A model generated the notes under the pieces. That model made no database searches. It was not told the origin of the DNA and saw nothing but the letters and a program-made list of their open reading frames with translations. Of a stretch of 64,000 nucleotides of DNA, positions 1-10,005 are shown in pieces. Made by a program: the position numbers and the translations under genes. Location: sequence record KJ019095.1, one strand, 5' to 3'. Positions within the stretch are counted from its first letter, which is position 1. Each line of letters begins with the position of its first letter.

Positions 1-1
1 T

Positions 2-886
2 ACAGGAAGAATCGATCATATCTTCGATCAGTTACACCTCCACTACGGGGATTTGACTGACTCCCTGAACATAGTCTCTATCATTAAGGAAGTAGAACCT
101 GATGAGATCTACAACCTAGGGGCACAGAGTCATGTGAAAGTATCTTTCGAGGAACCTGAATATACAGCACAGACTGATGCTCTGGGAACCCTAAGAGTAT
201 TGGAGGCAGTTCGTCTCCTAGGTATGACAGATAGGGTCCGTATCTACCAGGCATCCACCAGTGAGTTGTATGGGTTGGTACAAGAGACACCACAGAAAGA
301 AACAACACCTTTCTACCCACGATCTCCATATGGCGTAGCTAAACTCTATGGATATTGGATTATAAAGAACTACAGAGAGAGTTATGGGATGCACGCCAGT
401 AGTGGTATTCTATTCAACCATGAGTCACCACGACGGGGTGAGACTTTCGTAACCCGTAAGATTACTAGGGGACTATCCCGTATTAGTACAGGACTACAGG
501 ATTGTCTATACCTAGGTAATCTAAACTCAAGACGAGATTGGGGTCATGCTGAAGACTATGTGGAGGCTATGTGGTTGATGTTACAACAGGAAACTCCTGA
601 TGACTATGTGATTGCCACAGGTAAAGAGTATTCAGTGAAGGACTTTGTAGAGGCATCTGCTGAATACTTTGGTATGAAGATTGAGTGGCAGGGTGAAGGA
701 TTGGATGAAGTGGGTATAGATAGATTTACAAAGAAGGTTGTCGTTCGTGTGAGTGACAAATACTTCAGACCAGCAGAGGTTGAAACTCTCTGGGGTGATC
801 CCACTAAGGCTAAAGAGGTATTGGGTTGGAAACCTAATCATACCTTTGCTTCCCTAGTAGAAGATATGTGTATCTACGGTCAGTAA
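2..886 (+). CDS. gmd: GDP-mannose 4,6-dehydratase (5' end lies upstream of the window)
   Basis: Frame is open from base 2 ([20 protein letters not shown]). Motifs [59 protein letters not shown]. Confidence 0.97.
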   Translation, partial: TGRIDHIFDQLHLHYGDLTDSLNIVSIIKEVEPDEIYNLGAQSHVKVSFEEPEYTAQTDALGTLRVLEAVRLLGMTDRVRIYQASTSELYGLVQETPQKETTPFYPRSPYGVAKLYGYWIIKNYRESYGMHASSGILFNHESPRRGETFVTRKITRGLSRISTGLQDCLYLGNLNSRRDWGHAEDYVEAMWLMLQQETPDDYVIATGKEYSVKDFVEASAEYFGMKIEWQGEGLDEVGIDRFTKKVVVRVSDKYFRPAEVETLWGDPTKAKEVLGWKPNHTFASLVEDMCIYGQ

Positions 887-888
887 TT

Positions 889-1815
889 ATGGAAAAAGGT
901 GCAACGGTAGCAGTATTTGGTTCGGGTGGATTGGCTGGAAGTGCCATCACCAGGGCACTCAGGTGTTCTTTTGGGGGGTATAAGATTCTTACTCCTAGGA
1001 GTAAAGAACTAGACCTAAGAGAACAAGCAGATGTTCGTAGTTGGTTTAAGCATAACAAAGTTGATTATGTATTCTTAGCTGCTGCCTTAGTTGGTGGTAT
1101 CATGGCTAACAAGACTAGAAAGGCAGAGTTCTTACATGACAATCTAATGATGCAGTGTAATGTAATTGACTCTGCATACTATAGTGGAGTGAAGAAACTT
1201 CTATTCCTAGGTACTTCTTGTATCTATCCAGCAGGAAGGCACCATCCACTAGTGGAACATGAACTACTCACAGGACTATTAGAACCAACCAATGACGCAT
1301 ACGCAATCGCAAAGATCGCAGGGATCAAACAATGTGACTTCTACCGAGAACAATATGGATTTGATGCTATCTCTATCATGCCTCCTAATCTATATGGTCC
1401 TGGAGATAATTTCAATGAGGGATCAGGACATGTCCTCGCCTCATTGATGAATAGGTTTCACCTAGCGAAGGAAGCAGGTGCATCTAGAGTTGAATGTTGG
1501 GGTGATGGGACACCTATGAGGGAGTTCCTATATGTGGATGACTTAGCAGATGCTTCCTTATACTTTATGGATAGTTATAGTGAGTCTGGGCACATTAATA
1601 CTGGGACTGGTAGGGATGTAACTATCAAACAACTAGCGGAGACTATTGCTGATGTAGTTGGATACAAAGGTGAGATAGGTTGGGATACAACTAAACCCAA
1701 CGGAAACCCAAGGAAACTACTTGACAGCAGTAGGGCAAACCTGTTAGGATGGGAACCCAAGGTTAAATTTGAAGACGGAATCAAACTCACATACAACTGG
1801 TATCTAGCACAATGA
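889..1815 (+). CDS. fcl: GDP-L-fucose synthase family epimerase/reductase (Fcl/WcaG or ColC-like)
   Basis: GSGGLAG NAD(P) motif, FLAAALVGGIMAN, FLGTSCIYP, YAIAKIAGIK, PPNLYGPGDNF, REFLYVDDLA. ATG at 889 preferred over the track's 868 start. Confidence 0.93.
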   Translation: MEKGATVAVFGSGGLAGSAITRALRCSFGGYKILTPRSKELDLREQADVRSWFKHNKVDYVFLAAALVGGIMANKTRKAEFLHDNLMMQCNVIDSAYYSGVKKLLFLGTSCIYPAGRHHPLVEHELLTGLLEPTNDAYAIAKIAGIKQCDFYREQYGFDAISIMPPNLYGPGDNFNEGSGHVLASLMNRFHLAKEAGASRVECWGDGTPMREFLYVDDLADASLYFMDSYSESGHINTGTGRDVTIKQLAETIADVVGYKGEIGWDTTKPNGNPRKLLDSSRANLLGWEPKVKFEDGIKLTYNWYLAQ

Positions 1816-3005
1816 CAAAGATTACAAATGGATATACGTGGCCTCTTATGAAGGACACTGTGACCAAAAGAGATAGGTTGAGGATGGCAAAGTTTATCCT
1901 CACCAGTGATAGACTAACACAAGGTAAAGAAGTTCGTAAGTTTGAGGAGCAGTGGAGTGAGTGGCTTGGAGTTAAACATTCTCTTTTTGTTAGCAGTGGC
2001 AGTACCGCTAACCTACTTCTTGTGTCTGCTTGGAAGGAATTATACGAGATCCCAGACCAGTCGAAAGTAATTGTACCTGCTTGTACTTGGGTAACTAACG
2101 TTGCTCCTATTATCCAGTGTGGATTGACTCCAGTCTTTTGTGATATCAATCTAGAAGATTACTCTTTTGATTTGGATAAACTACAAGAACTACGTGATGA
2201 ATATCACGATGACATCAGAGGTATCTTTGTTACTCACCTCCTAGGATTTCCTGCTAATGTGGAAAAGTTTCGTGATGTTTTCCCCGACGCTCATATTCTA
2301 GAAGATGTATGTGAGAGTCACGGAGCAGTCCTCCCTAGTGGTGATAAGGCGGGAACCTTTGATGTTGGTGGCACATTTAGTTTCTACTTTGGGCACCACA
2401 TGACTACCATTGAAGGTGGTATGGTGAGTACTAATGATCCAGAACTCTATGATCTAATGAGAATGAAGCGTTCTCATGGGTTAGCGAGAGAATCACTATA
2501 CTTTGAAACATACAAAGAGAAGTATCCTGATGTAAATCCACAGTTTCTCTTCGTTACTGAGGGATATAACTTCCGTAATACTGATCTAGCTGCTGTATTA
2601 GGACAGTCTCAACTGAAGAGACTAGACAGTATGATTGGGATTCGTAACAGGAACTATGAGTTATACCAACAATTACTAAAGAAACACGAACATGACCTTA
2701 CACATGAGTATGGTGGTTCTTTCTATATCCCCTCCACACAGGGGGATGTAAGTAGTTTCTGTTTTCCATTTGTAGTTGATAATATGCACTGCTATCTTAA
2801 GTTAAAAGAACTTCTAGAAGAATACTATGTTGAGTATCGACCTATTGTGAGTGGTAACCTCCTACGACAACCATTCTTGAGAGAATATTCTGCTGAGTGT
2901 CCCAAGGCAGATATAGCCCATGAAAAGGGACTATATATTGGGAATAATCACTTTGTAGATGAGTCTAACTTTCACATGCTAGATGAGATTTTGAGCCAAC
3001 TTTGA
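1812..3005 (+). CDS. DegT/DnrJ family PLP enzyme, ColD-like (GDP-4-keto-6-deoxymannose 3-dehydratase type)
   Basis: SSGSTANLL, EDVCESHGA, and FSFYFGHHMTTIEGGMV with His where aminotransferases have the Schiff-base Lys. No Fe-S Cys cluster. Confidence 0.8.
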   Translation: MTKITNGYTWPLMKDTVTKRDRLRMAKFILTSDRLTQGKEVRKFEEQWSEWLGVKHSLFVSSGSTANLLLVSAWKELYEIPDQSKVIVPACTWVTNVAPIIQCGLTPVFCDINLEDYSFDLDKLQELRDEYHDDIRGIFVTHLLGFPANVEKFRDVFPDAHILEDVCESHGAVLPSGDKAGTFDVGGTFSFYFGHHMTTIEGGMVSTNDPELYDLMRMKRSHGLARESLYFETYKEKYPDVNPQFLFVTEGYNFRNTDLAAVLGQSQLKRLDSMIGIRNRNYELYQQLLKKHEHDLTHEYGGSFYIPSTQGDVSSFCFPFVVDNMHCYLKLKELLEEYYVEYRPIVSGNLLRQPFLREYSAECPKADIAHEKGLYIGNNHFVDESNFHMLDEILSQL

Positions 3006-3006
3006 T

Positions 3007-3801
3007 ATGACATTTTCATTTAATCATATGGGCAACTTGGGGCATCTGGGAAACCAGATGTTTCAGTATGCCGCACTCATTGGTATGGGGGCTAAGCATG
3101 GGAGGAGTATTTGTATCCCCCATAAACAAAGTTTTGGGCAATCATACTACCAGGATCTTCGTAGTAATATCTACGATGCTTTCAACCTCTCACCCAATGG
3201 TGTAGGTATCAGTAGGTTCCCCACAGTTCAGGAAGGTAGTTTCCACTTTGATGGAAACTTATTTGAGAACCCACCAGAGGAGAACTGTAACCTCTATGGA
3301 TTCTTCCAGAGTGAAAAGTGGTTCTCACATATTAAAGAAGGTATTAGGAAAGAGTTCACTCTAAAGGATGAGTACCGGGAAGTGGCACAACTGATGAGAG
3401 AACAACTCTCTGGTCAGGTTGTTGCTATTCATGTTCGTAGAACTGACTACCTATCCAATCCAAACCACGGAGCATTGGGTTTAGATTACTATGAGAAGGC
3501 ACTGGAGTTGGTTCCTAATAACCTTACAGTAGTTGTATTCACTGATGATCCAGAGTGGGCTAAAGAACAACCACTCTTTCCAGATGATAGGTTCTTTGTA
3601 TCAGAGACAGACTGTCCCTATACAGACCTTGCTCTTATGAGTATGTGTGATTATCATATTATTGCCAACAGTTCATACTCTTGGTGGGGTGCATACTTAT
3701 CTGATAGTAAGAAAGTAATTGCTCCTAAACAGTGGTTTGGGGAACCACTTAAAACAAATAACCTGAAAGATCTTTATTGTGATGGGTGGGTGAAACTATG
3801 A
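3007..3801 (+). CDS. GT11 alpha-1,2-fucosyl/colitosyltransferase
   Basis: GHLGNQMFQYA, HVRRTDY, VFTDDPEW, DLALMSMCDYHIIANSSYSWWGAYL: the standard GT11 motif set. Confidence 0.93.
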   Translation: MTFSFNHMGNLGHLGNQMFQYAALIGMGAKHGRSICIPHKQSFGQSYYQDLRSNIYDAFNLSPNGVGISRFPTVQEGSFHFDGNLFENPPEENCNLYGFFQSEKWFSHIKEGIRKEFTLKDEYREVAQLMREQLSGQVVAIHVRRTDYLSNPNHGALGLDYYEKALELVPNNLTVVVFTDDPEWAKEQPLFPDDRFFVSETDCPYTDLALMSMCDYHIIANSSYSWWGAYLSDSKKVIAPKQWFGEPLKTNNLKDLYCDGWVKL

Positions 3802-4421
3802 GTAACTTTGCAAGTGCTAAACAGTTTATCAAGAATGGTATTGATACACAACAGGAGTCTATCTCTGGTGGTGGCAGCACTATGGCTTCCACAGTTGCCT
3901 TCAGATACTTCCTACCAAAGTATATCAAACAGTATGGTATTGAGAGTATCTTAGACATTGGGTGTGGTGACTGGCATTGGATGTCTACTATCAGAGAAGA
4001 GTTTCCTGATGTAGACTATGAGGGATGGGATGCCTCTGAGGATATGATTAATCCCATGACTGAGAAGTATGGAACAGAGAATACCAGGTTTGAGGTAAAG
4101 GATATCATTGATAACAAGTATCCCAAAGTGGATTTGGTTATCGCTCGTGATGTTCTATTCCACCTCAAAGAAGATTACCTAAAGAAGGTTCTCAAGAATA
4201 TCAGTAAGGCAGGTGTGAAGTATCTACTAGCAACTACCTTCCCAGGTTTACCTAAGAACGAAGAACTCACTCCTAAGAAATATGACGGTTGGGGATTCAG
4301 ACCAATCAATCTGGATATCGAGCCTTATAATATGAAAGATTATTGTATCAATGATTTCAAGGAAACCACAGCCCCCAACAGGGGGTATCATCGTCATGTG
4401 TATTTGTATGAGGTAAAATGA
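3798..4421 (+). CDS. Class I SAM-dependent methyltransferase
   Basis: ILDIGCGDWHWM motif I, later DLVIARDVLFHL. ATGA overlap with the GT11 stop. Confidence 0.85.
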   Translation: MSNFASAKQFIKNGIDTQQESISGGGSTMASTVAFRYFLPKYIKQYGIESILDIGCGDWHWMSTIREEFPDVDYEGWDASEDMINPMTEKYGTENTRFEVKDIIDNKYPKVDLVIARDVLFHLKEDYLKKVLKNISKAGVKYLLATTFPGLPKNEELTPKKYDGWGFRPINLDIEPYNMKDYCINDFKETTAPNRGYHRHVYLYEVK

Positions 4422-4570
4422 AGATCGAAATTGAACTCTCTAAAGATGTAGAATACAAAGGAGAGAAACTAGGTGAGTATATCTGGAACCTAGAAGAGGG
4501 AATTAATCATGTTACTGGTTTTGGTGATTCACTTGAGGAATGTTTTAAGGAAATTGTGAGGTTTAGATGA
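4418..4570 (+). CDS. Small hypothetical protein (50 aa, not in ORF track)
   Basis: MKIEIELSKDVEYKGEKLGEYIW...KEIVRFR; ATGA overlaps with both neighbours, indicating translational coupling. Confidence 0.7.
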   Translation: MKIEIELSKDVEYKGEKLGEYIWNLEEGINHVTGFGDSLEECFKEIVRFR

Positions 4571-5298
4571 AGAAAGTAGCTATTATCTTTATTGGAACAG
4601 GTAGATACCTAGAGTTTCTACCAAAGTATTATGAACAGGCAGAAGCAAACCTCTTCCCTGACAGACCCAAACACTACTATGTGTTTACTGATGGTGACTT
4701 AGGTAATGAACTACCTGACAATGTAACTGTATACGAACAGGAACATCTCCAATGGCCATACATCACCCTCTATCGTTTCGGTATTATCCAGAAACACCTA
4801 GAGGAGATTGAGAAGGAGTGTGGTTTCCTACTCTTTATGGATGCTGATACACAGGTAGTATCCCCTGTATCGTTCGATGAAGTATTCAGGAAGGGAAAAC
4901 CCTATACAGGTGTTCATCACCCCTGCCACGCCCTGAATATGCCACCACACAATGAGTTTCCTGGTAGTCTAGAAACTAATACAGCATCCAAGGCAGCATG
5001 TAAACCTGGTGATGACTTCTCTGTATATTGGCAAGGTTGTGTATGGGGTGGAAACATAAAGGGTGCTCGTAAGATTATTGATACTCTCCACCACAGAACT
5101 AAACAAGATGAGGAGAATGGAATCATTGCCAAGTGGCATGATGAAAGTCATATCAATAGATACTTCCTTGACAACAAAGATAAGGTGAATACCCTATCAC
5201 CTAGTTTCGCATACCCAGAGTCCTTCACTGAGTATATGGAAGACTACGAACCTAAGATTGTACACCTAGCAAAAGAGAATTCTAAGTATCAGGTATGA
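4567..5298 (+). CDS. GT6 family glycosyltransferase (ABO-like alpha-1,3-Gal/GalNAc transferase)
   Basis: IGTGRYLEF, YYVFTD, FMDAD (DXD), YWQGCVWGG, and the GT6 signature WHDESHINRYF. Confidence 0.9.
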   Translation: MKKVAIIFIGTGRYLEFLPKYYEQAEANLFPDRPKHYYVFTDGDLGNELPDNVTVYEQEHLQWPYITLYRFGIIQKHLEEIEKECGFLLFMDADTQVVSPVSFDEVFRKGKPYTGVHHPCHALNMPPHNEFPGSLETNTASKAACKPGDDFSVYWQGCVWGGNIKGARKIIDTLHHRTKQDEENGIIAKWHDESHINRYFLDNKDKVNTLSPSFAYPESFTEYMEDYEPKIVHLAKENSKYQV

Positions 5299-5918
5299 GT
5301 TACTTCACAGATTATGACAACGAATTCACAGTATTCGAGGCACCAAAGAACGGGGGAACTACTCTCCGTCTTTGGATATACTACGCAGGAACAGGGGAGT
5401 TGGTGAAGTCAGCGGAGTCTGAATACTACGCTGGCACTGGAGAAACATACAAACAACTCCAAGAGTGGGGTTATGTGAATGGGGAATACGAGAACCCCAA
5501 GACCCAGATGGTATGTATCAAGAGAGACCCTGTAGATAGGTTTGTAAGTGCCTTCTATGATAAGGTAATCAAAGAGGGGAGAATCAAAGTAACCATCGAT
5601 GAGTTTCTCTCAAACTATGAAGAGATACTTGATAAGTCTACCCTCAAGATGAATGATGGTAAGACTAACTTCATGAAGTTTCACTTTGAGTCACAGACAT
5701 ATCACTTCGGTAAAGATAAAGATCTATATCATAAGGTCTTTGATATCTCAGAGGTTGGTACTGGTCTGAAGAAGTATCTGGAGGGTAAGTGGAATATAGA
5801 ACTACCTGATGTCCATGCTAGAAATAGTGGTGGTGGTCGGAAGTTTGATCTCTCCAGGGGACAACTGAATAAGGTGAAGGAAATCTACACACAGGACTAT
5901 TATAATGGCTGGTACTGA
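5295..5918 (+). CDS. Sulfotransferase family 2-like protein
   Basis: 5'-PSB-like APKNGGTTLR and 3'-PB-like RDPVDRFVSAF; later HF..Q and C-terminal 'IYTQDY'. Confidence 0.75.
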   Translation: MSYFTDYDNEFTVFEAPKNGGTTLRLWIYYAGTGELVKSAESEYYAGTGETYKQLQEWGYVNGEYENPKTQMVCIKRDPVDRFVSAFYDKVIKEGRIKVTIDEFLSNYEEILDKSTLKMNDGKTNFMKFHFESQTYHFGKDKDLYHKVFDISEVGTGLKKYLEGKWNIELPDVHARNSGGGRKFDLSRGQLNKVKEIYTQDYYNGWY

Positions 5919-6690
5919 AGGATATATCCTGATAGGTATTGGTGATAGGTATCTACAGATGACAGAGAACCTCACTAAAACTCTAAAGAAACATGGAGAT
6001 AATAGAGGATCCCTAACTATCACAAGATCGGATAATAGGGAACTCTATAGTGAGTGTAACACTGAGTTTGAGAGGAATGGAACTCTACCTAAGATTACCT
6101 TAGACAGATACTTACCTTTTGATCACAATATATTCCTAGATGCTGATATGTTATGTGTAGGTGATACACAACATGTATGGGATCTATTCAGGAGTAGTGA
6201 TCAGTTTGTTCAACAGGTAGGATGTTTGGGAAGAGATCCTAACTTCCACGCTCACCAGTATGAGAGTGAGTTGGGTTTTGAGATTCCTAGAGTCCATGGT
6301 GGTTGTATCTACATCAATAGAGAGAAACTAGACCCAGGGTTCTTTCCCTATATGAGAGAGTGTTTCCTAAACTATAAACAAATATTTCATAATAGTGGTC
6401 TAACCTATAAGAATAGTAGACCAGATCAACCACTATACGCTCTAGCAAATGGTATGTGGGGATTCAAACCTGTGGATCTATACACTAACCCTATCATGAC
6501 TATTGTGAATGATAGTACCCCACCCCCACTAGATAGTGTGTTCTTCAATAAGAAGAGGGGTCCTAAGTTAGATACTCCTGTTCCCTTTGTTCATGTATTC
6601 CGTGGAGAAGAGGGTATGTCTAAGGGTTATACTAGAGGTGACCAGAAGATGTTGTTGTCCCATTATGATTACTACCTGAACTATGAATAA
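5905..6690 (+). CDS. Putative GT-A fold glycosyltransferase (GT8-like)
   Basis: PKITLDRYLPFDHNIFLDADML (DXD), HGGCIYI, PDQPLY; located within the glycosylation island. Confidence 0.65.
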   Translation: MAGTEGYILIGIGDRYLQMTENLTKTLKKHGDNRGSLTITRSDNRELYSECNTEFERNGTLPKITLDRYLPFDHNIFLDADMLCVGDTQHVWDLFRSSDQFVQQVGCLGRDPNFHAHQYESELGFEIPRVHGGCIYINREKLDPGFFPYMRECFLNYKQIFHNSGLTYKNSRPDQPLYALANGMWGFKPVDLYTNPIMTIVNDSTPPPLDSVFFNKKRGPKLDTPVPFVHVFRGEEGMSKGYTRGDQKMLLSHYDYYLNYE

Positions 6691-7471
6691 AACTATATGG
6701 ATGTGTTGGTTCCAGGGTTGGGATAAGGCACCAGAGATTACAGAGAAGTGTTTAGAGTCCTGGAAACACTACAATAGTGATTGGGATATTGTTCTACTAG
6801 ATGAATCCAACTACAAGGATTACATCTCCATTGATAAAGAACTACCAGGACTGAAGACAAACTATATCTCACTGGGTGATATCCTTCGTCTCTTTCTACT
6901 AAAAGAGCATGGTGGAGTATGGGCAGATGCAACTATCTTCTGCAACAAACCAGTGGATTGGGTTTTGGATTATGAGGATTCTTTCGTCTTCACCAGGAAG
7001 GATAAGATGATTGCCTCTTGGTTTGTTGCTGCTCAGAAAGATTCCCATGTTGTAGATGTATGGTATAATAAGATGTTAGAGTTCTGGAAGTATCGTATGG
7101 AAAATACAGATACTTTCGAGCAACAATATGGTTGGATACACGCTTTGTTCCGTCAGTCCTACGCTCAGGATAAGGGGTTCAGGGATATTGTAGATAGTAT
7201 GGATAAGATTGATTGCATGAGTGATGGTCAATCTAGAGGTAAGGGTCCGCACTTCTTTGCACCCTACAGTAAATACTTCTACAACCCTATCAGTGACACG
7301 ATAAAGAATCGTATAGACTCTAAAGTTGATCCACTATATAAGTTGTCTTACAAGGCAAACACAGACTGGAGAAGTCCAGAGAACAGGGGTATCCACCCAG
7401 CAGACCAAAAGATTATGTTGGAATATCCAACTAATAGTGAACTACATTATCTACTCAACACATTAAAATGA
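6683..7471 (+). CDS. Capsular polysaccharide synthesis protein (GT32-like)
   Basis: IWMCWFQG, DILRLFLLKEHGGVWADATIF, ASWFVAA. Confidence 0.85.
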   Translation: MNKTIWMCWFQGWDKAPEITEKCLESWKHYNSDWDIVLLDESNYKDYISIDKELPGLKTNYISLGDILRLFLLKEHGGVWADATIFCNKPVDWVLDYEDSFVFTRKDKMIASWFVAAQKDSHVVDVWYNKMLEFWKYRMENTDTFEQQYGWIHALFRQSYAQDKGFRDIVDSMDKIDCMSDGQSRGKGPHFFAPYSKYFYNPISDTIKNRIDSKVDPLYKLSYKANTDWRSPENRGIHPADQKIMLEYPTNSELHYLLNTLK

Positions 7472-8373
7472 CAAATAAATCATTGGTTACCGGTGGCGCG
7501 GGTTTCATCGGGTCACATATTGTGGACCGACTTATTACACTAGGACATCAAGTCGTAGTGATTGACAATGAATCCTCTGATGGTCATGATGAATACCATT
7601 GGAACAGAAGCGGACAAGTACAAAACCATAAGGCAGACATTCGTGACTACGATGCAATCAAACACTTGTTTGGTGGAGTCAATAATGTTTTTCACCTTGC
7701 CGCTAAAGCATCAGTACAGGCGTCAGTAGATAACCCCCTACCAACTATTGCCACACAGGTAATGGGAACCGCCAATGTATTGGAGGCAGCACGACAATCT
7801 GGTGTGAGTAAGTTTGTATATTCCTCTACTAGTGCTTGTTATGGTAACAACAACCCCATTCCTAATGTAGAAACGATGAGAGAAGATCCTCTCAACGCCT
7901 ATGCTATTGGTAAGTTATCTGGGGAACAACTAGTTCGTGCCTATCACTACCTCTATGGTATGAAGACGGTGGCATTCCGTTATACCAATGTATATGGGGA
8001 GAGGGCAAGACATGTAGGACACTATGCTCCTGCTGTTAGTAAGTTCCTAAAGATGAGAGCACAGGGAGAACCCCTAACTATCTTTGGTGATGGTGCCCAA
8101 CGCCGGGACTTTATTCATGTATCTGATGTAGTCAACGCTAACTGCTGTATTACCTATGAGGAACTAGAGCAGTGGGGTGAGACCTATAACATTGGTTATG
8201 GTAAGAACTGGAGTATCCAAGAGATCGCAGACTCTATCAGTCAGGAACAGATTCACCTATCTGCTCGTACTGGTGAGATGCGTGAGACCCTTGCTGATAT
8301 TGGGAAGGCAAAGGCAGAGTTGATGTGGAAACCAAAGACTGACATCATGGATTGGATTAGGGTACAACTCTGA
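7468..8373 (+). CDS. NAD-dependent nucleotide-sugar epimerase/dehydratase
   Basis: LVTGGAGFIGSH, HLAA, SSTSACYG, YAIGK (YxxxK), RYTNVYG, RRDFIHVSD. Confidence 0.93.
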   Translation: MTNKSLVTGGAGFIGSHIVDRLITLGHQVVVIDNESSDGHDEYHWNRSGQVQNHKADIRDYDAIKHLFGGVNNVFHLAAKASVQASVDNPLPTIATQVMGTANVLEAARQSGVSKFVYSSTSACYGNNNPIPNVETMREDPLNAYAIGKLSGEQLVRAYHYLYGMKTVAFRYTNVYGERARHVGHYAPAVSKFLKMRAQGEPLTIFGDGAQRRDFIHVSDVVNANCCITYEELEQWGETYNIGYGKNWSIQEIADSISQEQIHLSARTGEMRETLADIGKAKAELMWKPKTDIMDWIRVQL

Positions 8374-8990
8374 TGCCAGTATTTCAGAAGGACAACAAGA
8401 AAGTTCTATTCATCCATGTTCCCAAGACTGCAGGAAGTTCTGTGAATAAACTCTTTGTGAATAATGGATATGAAATGTCCTACTATTCTGAGAGTTCTAA
8501 AGATCTATACAATGGATTATGTGGACCACAACATCTGGACTCACTTCTATTGGAAGATGAGTTCCAAGATTTCTCTCAGTTTGATTATATCTTCTCTATC
8601 TTCAGAGACCCAGTAGACAGACATCTATCTGAGTTCACCTGGGCACCCTGGGGACTAATGGGTAGAAACATCTACACACCAGAAAGATTTGATGAGTGGT
8701 GTCCTAAGATATTCAGAGCGTATCAGGACTCACCATATAGGATGGATAATCACATTAGACCTCAACATGAGTTCTATGTCAATGGATGTGATGTGTATGA
8801 CTATGAAAATATCAATACACTCACAGAGAAACTATGTGATAAAATAGGTCTAGATAATAAAGAGATGCCATATGAAAGGTCTTCACGATATGATAGTGAG
8901 GATTATGTCATCTATGAAGATACTTACAATTGTATTACTGAATTTTACAAAGGAGACTATCAATGGCAAAAGGATTCAGTCCTGTTGTGA
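8373..8990 (+). CDS. Sulfotransferase family 2 protein
   Basis: FIHVPKTAGSSV (5'-PSB), FRDPVDRHLSEF (3'-PB), HIRPQHEF, EFYKGDY. Confidence 0.85.
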   Translation: MPVFQKDNKKVLFIHVPKTAGSSVNKLFVNNGYEMSYYSESSKDLYNGLCGPQHLDSLLLEDEFQDFSQFDYIFSIFRDPVDRHLSEFTWAPWGLMGRNIYTPERFDEWCPKIFRAYQDSPYRMDNHIRPQHEFYVNGCDVYDYENINTLTEKLCDKIGLDNKEMPYERSSRYDSEDYVIYEDTYNCITEFYKGDYQWQKDSVLL

Positions 8991-9841
8991 CTAAGGATAA
9001 GAACAAGTCCCAGTTCAAACTACAGGGTGTTCCTAGGATTTACTACATCAGTTTAGATGATCATGCTCATCGTCAAGACTATATGGAGTCCCAGTTTGAA
9101 GACTGGGGCATCACTAACTTCGAAAGAATCTCTGCTCATGATGGTAGAGGTGATAATGATCTGAGTGATATTCTCAAAGGATCTTATCCAAAGATGATGA
9201 GTTCTGGTGAGGTTGGTTGTGTAACCTCTCACCTAAAGGCACTAAAACACTGGTTAGATACTACAGAGGGTGAAGAGTTTCTCCTTATGATGGAGGATGA
9301 TTGTGATATCTCCACTGCTTCCCACTGGGGGTTCTCCTGGAGAGAGTTTGTTGGGAATATTCCATCCCATGTAGATTGTGTTCAGTTAGCAGTTATCAAC
9401 CCATCAGAACTACATATCAAACTCCATATCAGGTTTGTGAATGATTTCTCCACTGCCTCATACCTAATCCGTAGATCACACGCAGAGAAGTTAGTTAGAC
9501 TCTATTGTAGGGGTGATAAGTATAAACTTGATAGTGATATCAAACCCAGAGCAGTTGCTGATGATCTTATCTACAACTCTGGTGTGACTCTTGCTATGCC
9601 TCTATTTGCCTTCAAGATTGCACTAGGTTCCAGTATCCATGATGTCCATATCAATACCTTCCACAAGAGTAGTCATGATGGTATCTGGGAGTTTTGGAAG
9701 AAAACAGCACCAACTATTGAGAACTGGAAACCATTCTTCAACTATGATGCCTATCTGGGAACCCTACCACCCAATGTTGTGGTTCAACAATGGCAGCAAA
9801 AACAGGAATCCAAAGCAAAAGATTCAGGGGCTTCGCAATAG
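8963..9841 (+). CDS. GT25 family glycosyltransferase
   Basis: IYYISLD, RISAHDG, GEVGCVTSHLKAL, LMMEDD, TASYLI. Confidence 0.85.
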   Translation: MAKGFSPVVTKDKNKSQFKLQGVPRIYYISLDDHAHRQDYMESQFEDWGITNFERISAHDGRGDNDLSDILKGSYPKMMSSGEVGCVTSHLKALKHWLDTTEGEEFLLMMEDDCDISTASHWGFSWREFVGNIPSHVDCVQLAVINPSELHIKLHIRFVNDFSTASYLIRRSHAEKLVRLYCRGDKYKLDSDIKPRAVADDLIYNSGVTLAMPLFAFKIALGSSIHDVHINTFHKSSHDGIWEFWKKTAPTIENWKPFFNYDAYLGTLPPNVVVQQWQQKQESKAKDSGASQ

Positions 9842-9885
9842 AACATATATATGTTATAATATTTACATTCACCCATGAGGTTATT

Positions 9886-10005
9886 ATGAAATTTGGTTTT
9901 ACCCCCGAAGCAGAAATCCTAAACGCTCGTTTGGCAATGTTGGGATTCGTTATCGCCGTAGGCACTTACTTGACCACAGGTCAGATTATTCCAGGAGTTC
10001 TTTGA
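9886..10005 (+). CDS. hli: High-light-inducible protein (39 aa)
   Basis: [22 protein letters not shown] contains the ExxNxRxAMxGF chlorophyll-binding motif; preceded by TGTTATAAT and a GAGG RBS. Confidence 0.95.
   Translation: MKFGFTPEAEILNARLAMLGFVIAVGTYLTTGQIIPGVL

Noticed and set aside
1812-3005. Perosamine synthase / ordinary aminotransferase call
   Set aside because: His rather than Lys at the PLP Schiff-base position.
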